Below are positions 27,123 to 38,602 of a DNA stretch of 54,678 nt, in pieces; positions within the stretch are counted from its first letter, which is position 1; each line of letters starts with the position of its first letter. The DNA is from Trichodelitschia bisporula. Its lineage: Eukaryota. The notes beneath the pieces are model-generated. The model did not search any database. It worked only from the letters and a program-made list of their open reading frames with translations, and had not been told where the DNA came from. The position numbers were made by a program, and so were the translations under genes. The stretch spans positions 1,115,224-1,169,901 of the forward strand of contig ML996694.1 in NCBI GenBank assembly GCA_010356995.1, written 5' to 3'.

Positions 27123-27381
27123 GCCCCCGGGGGAGGAGGGTGGTGGGGTGGGGAGCTGGATCTGGTGTATGGCGTTTTTTATGGCCGGATGTCTGGATGC
27201 AGCAGGGCGAGGCGTGCTAGCGAGCGGAGACAGATGCCCTGCGTTCAATGGAGTGTGGAGTAGTTCAGTCACGAGTGATGGCTCATGAATTAGTGACCAG
27301 CTACCCATCGCCCACGAGGTAGCCATCAGCAGTTTCGGTACGATCCTCTGAATCCCACACCATGACCCCACCCCCATCCCA

Positions 27382-28458
27382 TCAACCCCCCCCCCTCCGT
27401 ACAGCAAACATATAATTCCCCCAGCCNNNNNNNNNNNNNNNNNNNNNNNNNNNNNNNNNNNNNNNNNNNNNNNNNNNNNNNNNNNNNNNNNNNNNNNNNN
27501 NNNNNNNNNNNNNNNNNNNNNNNNNNNNNNNNNNNNNNNNNNNNNNNNNNNNNNNNTCCCCCGGATTAACATACTTCCCCCACTCATGCGTCCCCCTCGG
27601 CACAACACCGAGCACTTCCTCCGCCACCACCTTCGTAATAACCCAGCTCGTCCAAGTTCTTGCAATCGTACTCCCAACCACCCAGCCGCCCGGCTTGACC
27701 ATCCTCTCTACCGCTTCTAAGAAAGACGCGGGCCGCGAGACGTGCTCGAGCACTTCGAACACGGAGACGATGTCGTACCCCCCTGGGGGGATGGGGTGGG
27801 TTTCGATGCCACCGGAGAGGTAGGTGAGCCGACTGGGGGTTAGGGTAGGGTCGAGACGGGCGTGCGCAAGGGCAGCGGTTAGGACGGCGGGCGTGGCATC
27901 GAGGCCGGTTACGTGAGTTATGTGGGGGAGGCGGGCGGCGGATTCGGTGAAGATGCCGGCGCCGCAGCCTATGTCTAAGACTTTTAGGCCTTTTGTATTC
28001 CCTTCTGCATTCCCCTCCGAGGGTCTGCTCTCCGCGCCGATTGATCCTGAGGCCGAGGGCGAGGCTGAAGGTGAAGGCGAGGCTGAGGTGGAAGGGGTTG
28101 TTGGAGAGGTGGTGGAGGAGGTATTATGAGAGGTTGTGTTGAAGAGGTGCGGATGCGATTCCGCCAAACACTCGTTGAGCCAGCGCACGCGCAGCGGGTT
28201 CATCAAGTGCAGTAGCCGACTACTGCCATGTGGATCCCACCATGTCGATGCCAGGGCGGCGAAGTGGCTTACTTCTGTGGCATCGATTGTGGATTGAGGA
28301 GGCTGTGAGGGGTTGTGGCGAGGGGAGGGCGATGAGCTGAGTGTGCGGGTTGTGAGGGGGAGGGGGTATGCGTTGTGGGTGTTGGGGGGATGTTGGGTTC
28401 GTGAGTGGAGGGTAGACTGGAGGAGACGTCGTGGGCGGCGGAGGGCGCGGGAGAGCAT
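27382..28458 (-). CDS. COQ3: Ubiquinone biosynthesis O-methyltransferase, interrupted by an assembly gap
   Basis: Mitochondrial-type Arg-rich N-terminus, WWDPHGSSRLLHLMNPLR, VLDIGCGAGI, FEVLEHV, VVPRGTHEW and GNY. A run of Ns lies at 27427-27555. Confidence 0.9.
   Translation of the reverse strand: MLSRALRRPRRLLQSTLHSRTQHPPNTHNAYPLPLTTRTLSSSPSPRHNPSQPPQSTIDATEVSHFAALASTWWDPHGSSRLLHLMNPLRVRWLNECLAESHPHLFNTTSHNTSSTTSPTTPSTSASPSPSASPSASGSIGAESRPSEGNAEGNTKGLKVLDIGCGAGIFTESAARLPHITHVTGLDATPAVLTAALAHARLDPTLTPSRLTYLSGGIETHPIPPGGYDIVSVFEVLEHVSRPASFLEAVERMVKPGGWVVGSTIARTWTSWVITKVVAEEVLGVVPRGTHEWGKYVNPGXXXXXXXXXXXXXXXXXXXXXXXXXXXXXXXXXXXXXXXXXXXXGWGNYMFAVRRGGG
27427..27555. other. Assembly gap (129 N)
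   Basis: Run of n characters. Confidence 1.
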
Positions 28459-28869
28459 TGTGTCGAGTTGTAGAGCTGGAGAGAGATCGTGGACCTACGG
28501 GCAAGGTTTGACGTTGATGCGCCTCACGCGCTCGGGCCAATCAGCGGACAGGGTGGCAGCGACGTCACTCCACGATCTCAACCCCACCACGACAGAAGAC
28601 GTACATAACGCCGTACACATTCCCAAAGCCATTAATAGAAACCGGAGAATCGTTATTCATTCCATGCCATAACACGCTGCCCATAATCCCCCCCTCCCCC
28701 CCCCAGCGCCATTGAATGCTCGCGACCAACATACAGAACCATGCTAGTAAGGGTATTGAACGGAAAAGAATCCCACCCGACGCATACGGAAGTAGCCTCA
28801 ATGCAATCCCCCCAAATACCTTGTATAAACCGCCGCAACCAATTCGCCAATGCCGCATATCAGTCATGA

Positions 28870-31800
28870 TCAGGCCGGGACAACCTCATCTTCCTCCTCG
28901 GTGTCCGTCATCTCGTTCTCGTCTTCAGACTCGGAAATCTCTTTGCCCATAATGTCTACCACCTTGCGAATCCCCCGCTCTGTGATTGGCACTCCATCGC
29001 GTCCAGCTCCAAAGTCGAGTACCTTTTTACGTTAGTTATAGGCCTGTCTCTTGTAAGAAGCCACAAACCTCAATGTACGTCGACTCCTGCCGCTGCACCG
29101 CCGCCACGCACCGCCGTTCGTCAAACCGCACCTGCCACACCCCGCTCAAGTCCGTAAGCAAATCCTTAACGCACTCTCCGCTCTTCAAATTCCACAGCTT
29201 GAGTGTCCGATCACTGCCGCTGATGACCTTGTGCGCATCATGCTGGAAGCAGGTAATCGCCCCCGTATGCGCCGACAGCGTACCCTTGCACTGCCCAGAC
29301 TCCGGGTCCCAAATCCGCAGCGTCGAGTCCGCGGCGGCCGAGACGAGGCGCTCATGACCCAAGTCAAGTAGCCCGACCAGAGATGTGTGCCCCTCAAGAT
29401 TGAAGATGCATTGCCCAGTCTCAATCGACCACACCTTGACCAGATTGTCCATGCTGCCGCTGATGCACCGATTGCGCGCCGTGTCGAGCACCACGCTGTA
29501 CACCTTCTGCGTATGCCCTATAAGCCGGTGCAGCACGTCGCCGGTCGAGATGCGCCACACGCGCACCGTGCTGTCGTAGCTGCCGCTCACAAGCGTGTCG
29601 CCATGCGCCGCAATTGCCCGGACCGACTGGTGGTGTCCGTTGAGGGCCCGCACAAAGTACGGCTGGTCGTTGTCTTCAGTCGCTTCCATGCCATCGCCGG
29701 CTTGAGGCAGCTTCCACACCCGCAGCGTCGAGTCCCGCGAACCGGTGATAATGAGCGGCTGCTTCGGCATCATGATCGGAACACCCTTGGCCGTATGCCC
29801 AACCACCGTCGGCTTGACGATCACAAGACACCGCACGGTCGAAGTATGGCCGTGGAAGACCTGCGTGCACTCGCCCGTGTTGATATCCCACACGCGCACG
29901 GAGCGGTCAGTCGATCCGGACACGAGCGTGTTACCGTCGTACTGCAGAGCCCACACGCCGCCATCGTGCCCCACCAATGTTCGCAGAAGCTTTCCCGTAG
30001 ACGTAGAATAGACGTTGATCTTGGTGTCGTCGCTGCCCGTGAGAATCTTGTCTTTATCAAACTGCAGACACGTCACGACATGGCGCCCGTGAGCGCGGAA
30101 CGCAAAATGGCGCGGCTTGGCCTCGGGATCCATCCACGCCTTGCGGATAGAGTAGTGCCGCTGGTAAAGAGATTTGTAGAGGTGGAGTTGGCGCAGGCTC
30201 GGCAGCCCGACGTCGGGCTCCGGGACGGCTAGGGCGGCAGCGGAAGCATGGGTGAGCGGCCCGGTCGGCTCCTGGAACAGCTTCTTCCAGTCGGGCTCCT
30301 CCGGATCCTTGTTGGAGACGGACTTGGTCTTGCGCCTCTTAGCCGGGCGCGAAGATCTCTCGGGAGCCGCCTTGCGCTTTGAGCTGCGGAGACTAGGCGA
30401 GGAGGCCTTGACAACACCGGTACTTGACTTGAAGGACCCAAGAAGACTTTCTTCGGGAGAAAGGTTGCGTTCGCAGCTGTTAGGACCCGACGAGAACTGC
30501 CAGCCCCAGCCTTCACGGACGGCACGCTCGACTTCACCCTCCGGCATGATGAACTTTTCTCGCTCCAAACGCTCCCTCCAGTATGTTTCGTTGCCGTCCA
30601 CGATCTGGCGCCACTTCTTTGACACCTGCGCGGCGCGACACATGCTCTGGACGTCGAGATGCTTAAGCACTTCCAGGCCCATCTCCACCGGCAGGGCGGT
30701 GAGAAAGTCGACTTTGAGGGCGGGGTTGACCATATCGGCCACCAGAGAGAGAGTTGGCTTTTGACAACGGCGCAGCAGCTGGTACATGACATAAGTCTGC
30801 AGCTGTGGCGGGAAGGAATCGAAATTCGCCAGCATTTCCGGGATTTTGTCGACCATGTCCGAGCGAACGTCTTCGGGGGTGTCTTCGGGAGCACCGGTCT
30901 CAAACTTAGGAAGGTTTTGGATGATGTCGATGCTAGCCACGTCGTCAGTATCAATATCGCCCTGTTCTTCTTCTGAAAGATTGTCCAGAGATGCTGCTGC
31001 CGTAATGGGAGAGAGGCTTGGGCTGGGCAGGCTGGCATCTTGGACGGCCAGTGTGTCAAGGGGAGTAGGCAGACGGGAGCGAACGAAAGCCTCGATCTCG
31101 GGGGTAGTCGCGGTTTCCAAGTCGCTCTCAACTAGCGGTGGCGTCGTCGAGATGGGGAGAATGGGATCGACGGGTTCGTCGCTTGTAAGTTTTGCAGAAC
31201 GGGACAACGCCGATGGCTGCCGCGCCGCCACTTTGCGTGCCCGCAGCCATTCTTTCGGCAGAGGCTTCCTGTCGACACCGCTGCCCGCGTCTGGCGTTGC
31301 AGGCGGGCTCTCATCGAACTTCGTGTTCCAGCTATGAGTCGCTCTGGAAGGCTCTGCGGAGGAGCCTCGAGAAGATCTAGTGTTCGGTCGCCGCTGTCTC
31401 CGAGTGCGCCGCTTTCCGCTCACGAGCTCGGCAGCGATGGCGAGAAATGGTTCGGGCAGTTCGCCACTCGCGTTGGAATGATGGGCATGCCTATTCAGCC
31501 CTGAACGCTTTCCCAGAGCATCTGGCAGTGGCAGTGCGTAGTTTGTGTACGAAATGACTTCACGAAATATGACTGACTGGCCGCTCTTGTCGAAGGTGAA
31601 TTGTCTTAATGCCCCGGGCGTCGACAGCTCTGCCAACGGGTACTTCTTGGGATCGAGTGGACCCAGTGTCGGAGGTTGGAACTCAACCTCTCGAGCGTGC
31701 GAAAGGCCTCTAGGGAACGGAACGGCCAGTTTATGGGGGGTGGCCATGCTCAGCGAGGAGCCTGAGAGATCGGCCCGGCGTGAGGATGTCCGGGTAGAGG

Positions 31801-31909
31801 CGGCGGCATGTGGTGTTGAGGGAAAGTATTCGGGTGACGAAGGAACGACTGTATCGCACGTCACCGTGGGCGAGCCGGGTTCGAAAGGTCCCTCGAGATC
31901 GACCTCCAT
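28870..31909 (-). CDS. CDC4: F-box/WD40 SCF substrate receptor Cdc4/Fbw7
   Basis: F-box DFLTALPVEMGLEVLKHLD...QVSKKWR and multiple WD40 repeats (GHDGGVWAL, SGSTDRSVRVWD, GHTSTVRCL). A terminal intron at about 29069-29024 precedes VLDFGA. Confidence 0.95.
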
Positions 31910-33082
31910 CGTCTAAGCGGGGGGGAGCGTGGCACGAAAGCTCAAGAGCGTGTCAAAAGAGCATTTGCACGTCGTAGCCGTACGGTTGTGGTGAAGGACT
32001 CTCGCGTAAATATTTGAACTTCGCAAAGTGACTGCGGAAACGTGGAAAATCGAGGGGGGGGTTATGTTTCTGGGGCGAGCGGGAGGGTGAAGTGTTGACC
32101 AAAGGAAGGGCTTGGAACGCCTAAACACAATATCAAAGATCGCTCCAAATGCCAAGAAGGCGTAGAAGACAATAACGTGAACACGGTGAACACGGCGCGT
32201 GGAGGTGGAAGGTTGGGGAAGGTTGTGGTGGTGAATGTGGTGAGTTTGGGACGAGAGTGCGGATGGGGGGAAGAGGAGGAGAGGAGGGAAAGTGCCAAGG
32301 TGGAGAGTCCGAGAGTGAGTGGTCTCCGCCCGCCCCGTCTGGCGAAACTGCCACTCGGCTGGTCGTGCTGCTTTTGCCCTTTGAGCCTTCCACCTGGAAA
32401 AAAAACCCTTGAGCCCTCAGCCATGCCAGCCCCTCGCTTCACCACGCCTTCGCGACACGACACTCGAGTTGGAAAAAAAAGGCCTGAAGAGGGAAAATAG
32501 AACTCGTCATGATATTCTCGTCACGATTCAAGCACTACCAACAATAACAGAACCATGTGTGTATGCTGCTTAACACACGACGACAGACTATGCTGTGTTG
32601 CTTATCTCATCCTGTCCTGCTTCCATGCCATCCCACCACGGCCTCGCCGGTCGAAGGCGAAATAACTGGAAAGAGTGGAAGGCCATCAGCCGTGACTCCG
32701 AGAGTCCCGTCCCCGCCGCCGGCGTGACCTCGATAGCTTGCAGCTCGCCGTAGGCCGCAAACTCACACAACTCCGCCTACAGCCCCTCGCCCGGGATCCT
32801 GCCCCTCCTACACAAGCTTGTCCTGCCACGGCGCATATTGCGGAACCATTTGCATCTGCCTAGGCAGGTTCTAACGATCGCGGTATATAAGGGCTTCTTA
32901 TATTGCCTAGTATTTGTGCAGTGTTCAAAGGTGTACGGCAGAAGTCGCTCGTTCAAGCACCACGGCGTCGCCGAGTGCGGAGAGGGCCGACCCCGCCCCG
33001 TCCCGCTGCTGGTGCTGCCAGTCTGGAGCTGCCGGTGCTGCACGATACATCGCAAACCGGTGGCTGCAGCAAGCTGCTTGGC

Positions 33083-33120
33083 TGACTGACTGCCTGACTG
33101 CCTGACTGCCTGCCTGCCTG
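33083..33120 (+). repeat. Tetranucleotide microsatellite (TGAC/TGCC)
   Basis: tgactgactgcctgactgcctgactgcctgcctgcctg. Confidence 0.8.
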
Positions 33121-34054
33121 GGTGTCTCCCCGGCCGCGTTTATGGCGCGTATGGGAGTACGAAGTATACTTGATACTCTTATCCCATTTGCATACTATCT
33201 CGTGTGCTAATTTGGCCACTTTGATATGTAGTGTCCACAAATACTGGACCAAGCTGGAAGTCCAGGGGGTGGGGTGAGTCCTTGAGTGTTGGCAGTGTCT
33301 TTGCCGCAATAAGAGCACATACAACGAATCACTTGGCCCCATATTGCCTTCTTTAATATCATATCCGCGCGTTGGCTCCCTCGCGAGCTCCAACAAAGCT
33401 CAGTAACCGGGAAGCAATCCGCCAGGCTAGCAGGGAATAGGTGGGATGGTTATCTGTCACGTTCGCAGTGCCTTATTGTTGCTGATCTTAAACCCCAGGA
33501 GCTCACGGCCTGCTGCTTTGGACCTTAACCTTCGGGTTCGTGCCAACCTTGCTCCGGTCTTTGCGGGCGGAGTGTTGACCTACATAGGACGTGGGGTGAA
33601 ACGGCCCCGCTCGTCGCGGGAAACATATATGACCCTGAGGACGTCAGCTTGTCCGAAAAAGGCGGGAGACTTGTGCCCGGCATGGCGGGCCGTACGGCAA
33701 TGCTCGACTCGCCGCGCAATCCGAGACTATAGCGAAAGTTCAATATTTCAAGATCTCTCGGGCCTTTGAGGTGCGCTCCGTCGTCGTCCATCATGAAGGC
33801 CGGCAAAGGCGAAGCTAGTGTAGCCAGCCTGGGAGCTCGGACCCGCAGAGCTTCCAAAGGGGAAGCGACGATGAAAGGGACGACCGTCGAGGAAGGAAAC
33901 GACGACGGTGACGACATGAGACATGCAAAAATTCTATCGGCTTCTCGCTCCACTTGCAAAGCCCTTCCATCCCATCATTTCGAGTCCTATCTCGACACTC
34001 GAGGTTTTACATATCAACTTCCATTTCATCGGCTAGCATATCAAGCCATTCCCC

Positions 34055-36547
34055 ATGGCTGGCCAACAGGCTGTCAAGTCGCGGGTAAAGCCTCAAAAGC
34101 AGGCCACCACCAAGGCCGCAACTGAGGCTGCGATCAAGGCTGCGTCTACAGAAGCAGCGCAGCTCATTAGCCGCCGTCAGAGCCTAGAAATTGCGCAGAC
34201 GTTGATTCATGGATCGGTGCGCTTCCTCGGCTAGCCATTCTGTAGCTAATGCCATATAGATCAGCTGCCTAGCATATCTCAGGTAATCCAAGTCGTCATT
34301 CTATTCCTAGGGCTTATTTTCCAGATCTCTCTTCCCCGAGAAGTGCTTCGACGACCATGTATACGATACAAAGGGCGAGCATCAGACGTACCAGCAGTAT
34401 GCGAACGGAGGGACTGGCGACCAACCGCGGCGGGGTGGTACCCGCTTCAAGGCTCTGAGACGGGGTCGGAGCAAGCCTGTTGATGTATTCCTTGATCTAC
34501 TGGTAAGTTTGCGGGATGATGTCAGACGCGATCTCATTGTCCTAGGAGAAAGGAGCGTTTGAGGCACTCGGCCGCGGTGTGCTCCGCGCGATTCAGCTGA
34601 ACATCTCTGAGAAAGCAGACAATCCGTCTCAAGTCGTCGAGTCTTACACCTTCACGTTCAGATACGAACAGACAGCCGCACGGGGGACTCTCGGCGACGT
34701 AACCATGCAAGGCCCCGTTGGGCCAGGGGTTACGGTCAAGAATGTCAAATATGCACTACAGATGTTCATTCGTCGCATCATCACCCTCTGCCAGACGCTT
34801 CCTGATTTACCGAGTAATATCACAGCCGCCCGTCATGCGCGTGAATGCGGCTAATATCGTCCAGTGAAGCGCTATCTCACAGTCCAACTTTATTACACTG
34901 ATGAATGCGACCGCTTTTACGAACCTCCTGGCTTTCAACCTTGCAGCGACACTAGGCTGTGGTTTGCTGCCCACCCCGACTGGAAGAAGAATACTCAAGA
35001 TTGCGGCACGATCGACGCCGGCTTCCACGCGTGAGTTCTTTTGCTGCGTCAAATCTATGCTGACTCTCTCTAGCGTAGCCCTGAAGGTATCGCATCTCCA
35101 ACCGCTGCTTGATAGTAGCGCAAAGAGTGAAGCGGAGTCATTACCGAGCGGTATGGACTATAAAGACGCCGGCTCCGGCCAAGATGATGTCGATATGGGC
35201 TTTGCAGATCCTCCAGTCCCCGAAGACAATGCCGAGGGTGATGCTATGAACGTTGATATGATTCAAGACCACGCCGAAAAGGCTGCCACTTCGCTTTTCG
35301 CATCCAGCCCTCCGCGTGAAGCAGGCCCGAGCCAGGTATCGACCCAGACTAGGAACGATCTTCACATGCGCGATGCCCTGCGGTCAATGGTATCTCCCCA
35401 GACGCGTGACTTGGACTGTGCTGACCCAATTAGTTGATGCCCTCATCACAGTCGGCCAATCAAGAAGAGACGCAGCCTGTCGAGCACATAAGCAGCAAGG
35501 CTGAGCCGGAGCCGAAGCTGACTTTCTCTCAGAAGACGCTGGCTTCGTTGAGCAAGACTAGACGCCGGACTGGTCATGCGAAGGCTAATCGGATGATGAA
35601 CTCAAATGGCAAGGACGTGGTTAGCTGTGAGTGTGGCTTCAACGACGAAGAAGAGGGCATGGTGAGTTTTTTAGCATCAGTTTACTGTCAGCTGACACTG
35701 CAGGTGAATTGCGATTTCTGCGGCCGCTGGCAGCATCTCTGCTGCTACGGGTACGAGGGAACGGACGATCCGCGCATCCCAGCTGTGCATATTTGCTACA
35801 AGTGCCTGCTCGGCGAAAGCGAAGCATCTCTACTCCGTGAGCTGGAACACTTTATACTGTTGCGCAAGGGAGTCCATGTCATCATGGAATGGGGATACAA
35901 CAACGACCGGGAGTTTTCAGAAGCCCTGCGTAAGCCTGTACCCTTCTGTAACTGCCATCACTAACCTGTCAGACTGTGATATCCAAACCGCTTCAGGCGT
36001 CGCCAAGCATCTCCGGCAAGAAGGCTTCCTCGTCTGTACGCCAGGCTCCAAGAAACGCGGCTTCAGCCAGAGCGGCAAGCCGAGATTCTGTGCCGTGAGC
36101 AAATCTTCGGACTACGAGCGCATGCTGAAGCGCTACTTTGACCCGACATACAAGATTGCGCATCACGTACGTTCTTTCGTAACATGTCTTTCGTATGAAG
36201 CTAAAAACTAGTAGCTGGATCTCCCTGCCTCGGTGGTCCGAGACAACACCACTGCTCTGGATTACCCCCTGCCTCTTATGTCTAGCCGTCGGTCAGACTC
36301 TCTCCGCAAGACTCCTGAGACCTACGCCTCCGCGGCTGCGGACGACTTCGGGAGCAGCACGGGCCGGTACACTGACCCGGGCGACCCGTCTTCTCGGGTC
36401 GGGGAGGGGAGCGCTGGGAAGCGGAACTGGGATGAAGAGGAGACGATTTCGCCGGAGCAGGAGGGCAACGCACGGAAGAAGCTGCGAGCGAGTAGAGCAG
36501 CCCGTGGGATCGATGTCGGGTATCAGAGTGCGAGCCCTGAGTTGTGA
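34055..36547 (+). CDS. HOP1: Meiotic axis protein Hop1 (HORMA + PHD-like finger)
   Basis: HORMA motifs ISCLAYLRSLFPEKCF, VVESYTFTFRY, LCQTLPDLP and YYTDEC..YEPPGF; PHD CECG...CDFCGRWQHLCCYGY...CYKC. Nine GT-AG introns reconstructed. Confidence 0.9.
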
Positions 36548-36880
36548 GGATGAATTTTGCGGCATAGTATGGGGGATTTTGTGGAATTTGACTGGGGTGA
36601 TTTGCGGGCATCTGGAGTGTTTGAGCGGCATTTGTAGGCGCGAGTATGGGCTTAGTAGGCACAGTTCAGCGGAATTCAGGCGTTGATCTGGGAGCATTAC
36701 CAGGCTGAGAGCATCCATGTGCATTATCCCCATTCTAACAGCTGTGCACTGTGCTTGCGCAATAGAATCAAAGAGAACCAACCCACCCCACTATCAGTCT
36801 AAGAAGCACACACGTGTATCACACTCAAGACGCCTCGCTGACAAGTCTCCTCACCACGCTCGACGCCCAACCCTGTCCAT

Positions 36881-37993
36881 CTAATCATCAAACTTAATCC
36901 CCTTCACACTCGTCGTATCAATATACCCCCCGCGATAACTCCCACGCTTCTTCTTGTTCTTCTCCTTCGTGAACCCCTTCCCCTTTGTGACTACCAGGTC
37001 CGCATATGCTTTGTCCGAGTAATCGTTGCTGACGTAGGCGTTGGAGGAGAAGCGGGGGTCGACTTTTTGGTTTGCGGGGATGCGGCTGAAGGGGACCACG
37101 CGCTCTTTGGACGCCTTTTTGGCGGAGGCGCTGAGATCTTCCTCAGCGGGCTCGCCGTCGTCGCCGGTGAGGGTTTCGCTGGAGTCGGAGGCAGCGACTG
37201 CGACGGCGGCGGTCTTAGTCTTGGTCTTGGACTTAGTTGACTTTTTAGACTTTTTGGCGGGCGGGGCTTCTTCTTCGTCCGAGGAGGAGTCCGAGGAAGA
37301 GTCAGATGAGGATGCGCCGGTCGCGGGGGTCGCGTCGGCCATGGAGGCATCGGAGTCGCTGCTGGAGTCCGAGTCCGAGTCCGACAACTCGGACTCGGAA
37401 GAGGAGTCGGACGAGGAGTCGGAAGAGGATATGTCAGAAGCGTCGGACTCTTCCTCAGACCTGTCGTAGAACTTCGCCCTCTTCGACCCCGGCGGGCCGA
37501 CGGATTCGGAGTCTGAATCTGAGGTGTCGGGTTCGCTGGAGCTCGAGCTGTCCGAGCCCGACGACGAGGCTTTGCGCTTGCGTGGGTTTTGGGCGGGCTT
37601 CGCGGGCGCGGTTTCGGTCTCCTCGGAGCTATCATTGTCGGAGTCAGAGCTGGAGTCGCTGGAGTCGCTGGAGTCGCTGGAGCTATCGCTGCTCTCGTCG
37701 TCGCTGTCGTCCGAGTCATCGACCGGCGCGGCCTTCTTCTTCTTATCCGCCTTCGCGGGCTTCGCTGCCGCAGCCGCCGCCTCGCTGGACCATTCTGCAA
37801 GGAACTCCGTGAGCTGCGGGTAGGTCTCCGGGGCGAGCTTGGAGGACGTTGCTTCGGACGCGAGAGCTGCGGCGGCGGCGGGGTGGCCGTTGCTTGAGAG
37901 GAAGGCGGCGACGCGGGCGAGGAAGGGGGCGTTGGTGGATTTGGCGGGTTTGGGTTTGAGGGCCTTTTTGGTGCTGGCCTTTTTGGAGGCCAT
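36881..37993 (-). CDS. SRP40: Nucleolar Srp40/Nopp140-like protein
   Basis: Alternating Ser/Asp-rich and Lys-rich tracts, with the SRP40 C-terminal motif PFSRIP...DLVVTKGKGFTKEKNKKKRGSYRGG.ID. Confidence 0.92.
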   Translation of the reverse strand: MASKKASTKKALKPKPAKSTNAPFLARVAAFLSSNGHPAAAAALASEATSSKLAPETYPQLTEFLAEWSSEAAAAAAKPAKADKKKKAAPVDDSDDSDDESSDSSSDSSDSSDSSSDSDNDSSEETETAPAKPAQNPRKRKASSSGSDSSSSSEPDTSDSDSESVGPPGSKRAKFYDRSEEESDASDISSSDSSSDSSSESELSDSDSDSSSDSDASMADATPATGASSSDSSSDSSSDEEEAPPAKKSKKSTKSKTKTKTAAVAVAASDSSETLTGDDGEPAEEDLSASAKKASKERVVPFSRIPANQKVDPRFSSNAYVSNDYSDKAYADLVVTKGKGFTKEKNKKKRGSYRGGYIDTTSVKGIKFDD

Positions 37994-38080
37994 TGTTGCG
38001 GGAGGGGGGTTGTGAGGGTGTGTAGAGAGGGGAGAACGGGGTGAGGTTTGGGAGACGCGAAGTTTGCGAAAGTCGCTGGG

Positions 38081-38108
38081 TCAAATTTTTTGATGAGGCT
38101 GAGATGAG
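38081..38108. promoter_or_regulatory. RRPE-like plus PAC-like ribosome-biogenesis promoter elements
   Basis: TCAAATTTTTT followed by GATGAGGCTGAGATGAG, about 90-115 bp upstream of the SRP40 ATG. Confidence 0.55.
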
Positions 38109-38602
38109 TGGCTGGTGTGTTATCTGTGGCTTAGTTACTAGGGAGCTAGGCTAGCTTGGGGTTAGCGGGTATCGGCGGAGCTTTTCCCTTTATGCCTCAG
38201 GCACCCTGTCTGAACCCTGTCCCGTCAGGAGCGGAGACAGGTGCAGGTTTGGGCGAGACGCCAAAGGAGACATCGAACGGGAAGACTATCGCCACCATTG
38301 TCGGGACCATTGTCCATTGCGTCATCTCGCGATACTGGAAACACAAGGCTCTACAGCTTCACAGCTCTCTCTTCTCTGCTACACCGGCTACCACCTTCCC
38401 CTCCACCCACCAGCGTACCCCCCCGTAGCCCACCCGTCCCATCTCGCACCCGCCCAACACCGCTCAACCCCCGCCACGGCATCGCGGATTGCTGCCGTAA
38501 CGCCCATACACGAACCATGCTGAAGAGCAGGAGCATCGACCTATTGTAACGGAGTCCGCGGTCGCACACGCTTCCCCGCATCGTCGGACACCGCGGGCAA
38601 AC

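Noticed and set aside
31913..32155. In-frame ORF ending one codon before the CDC4 ATG (possible read-through extension or uORF)
   Set aside because: It starts at TTG and has no protein-like features; most likely a chance open frame in the 5' UTR.
32500..34000. Short ORFs between CDC4 and HOP1
   Set aside because: No motifs or consistent splice structure; treated as divergent promoter or intergenic DNA.
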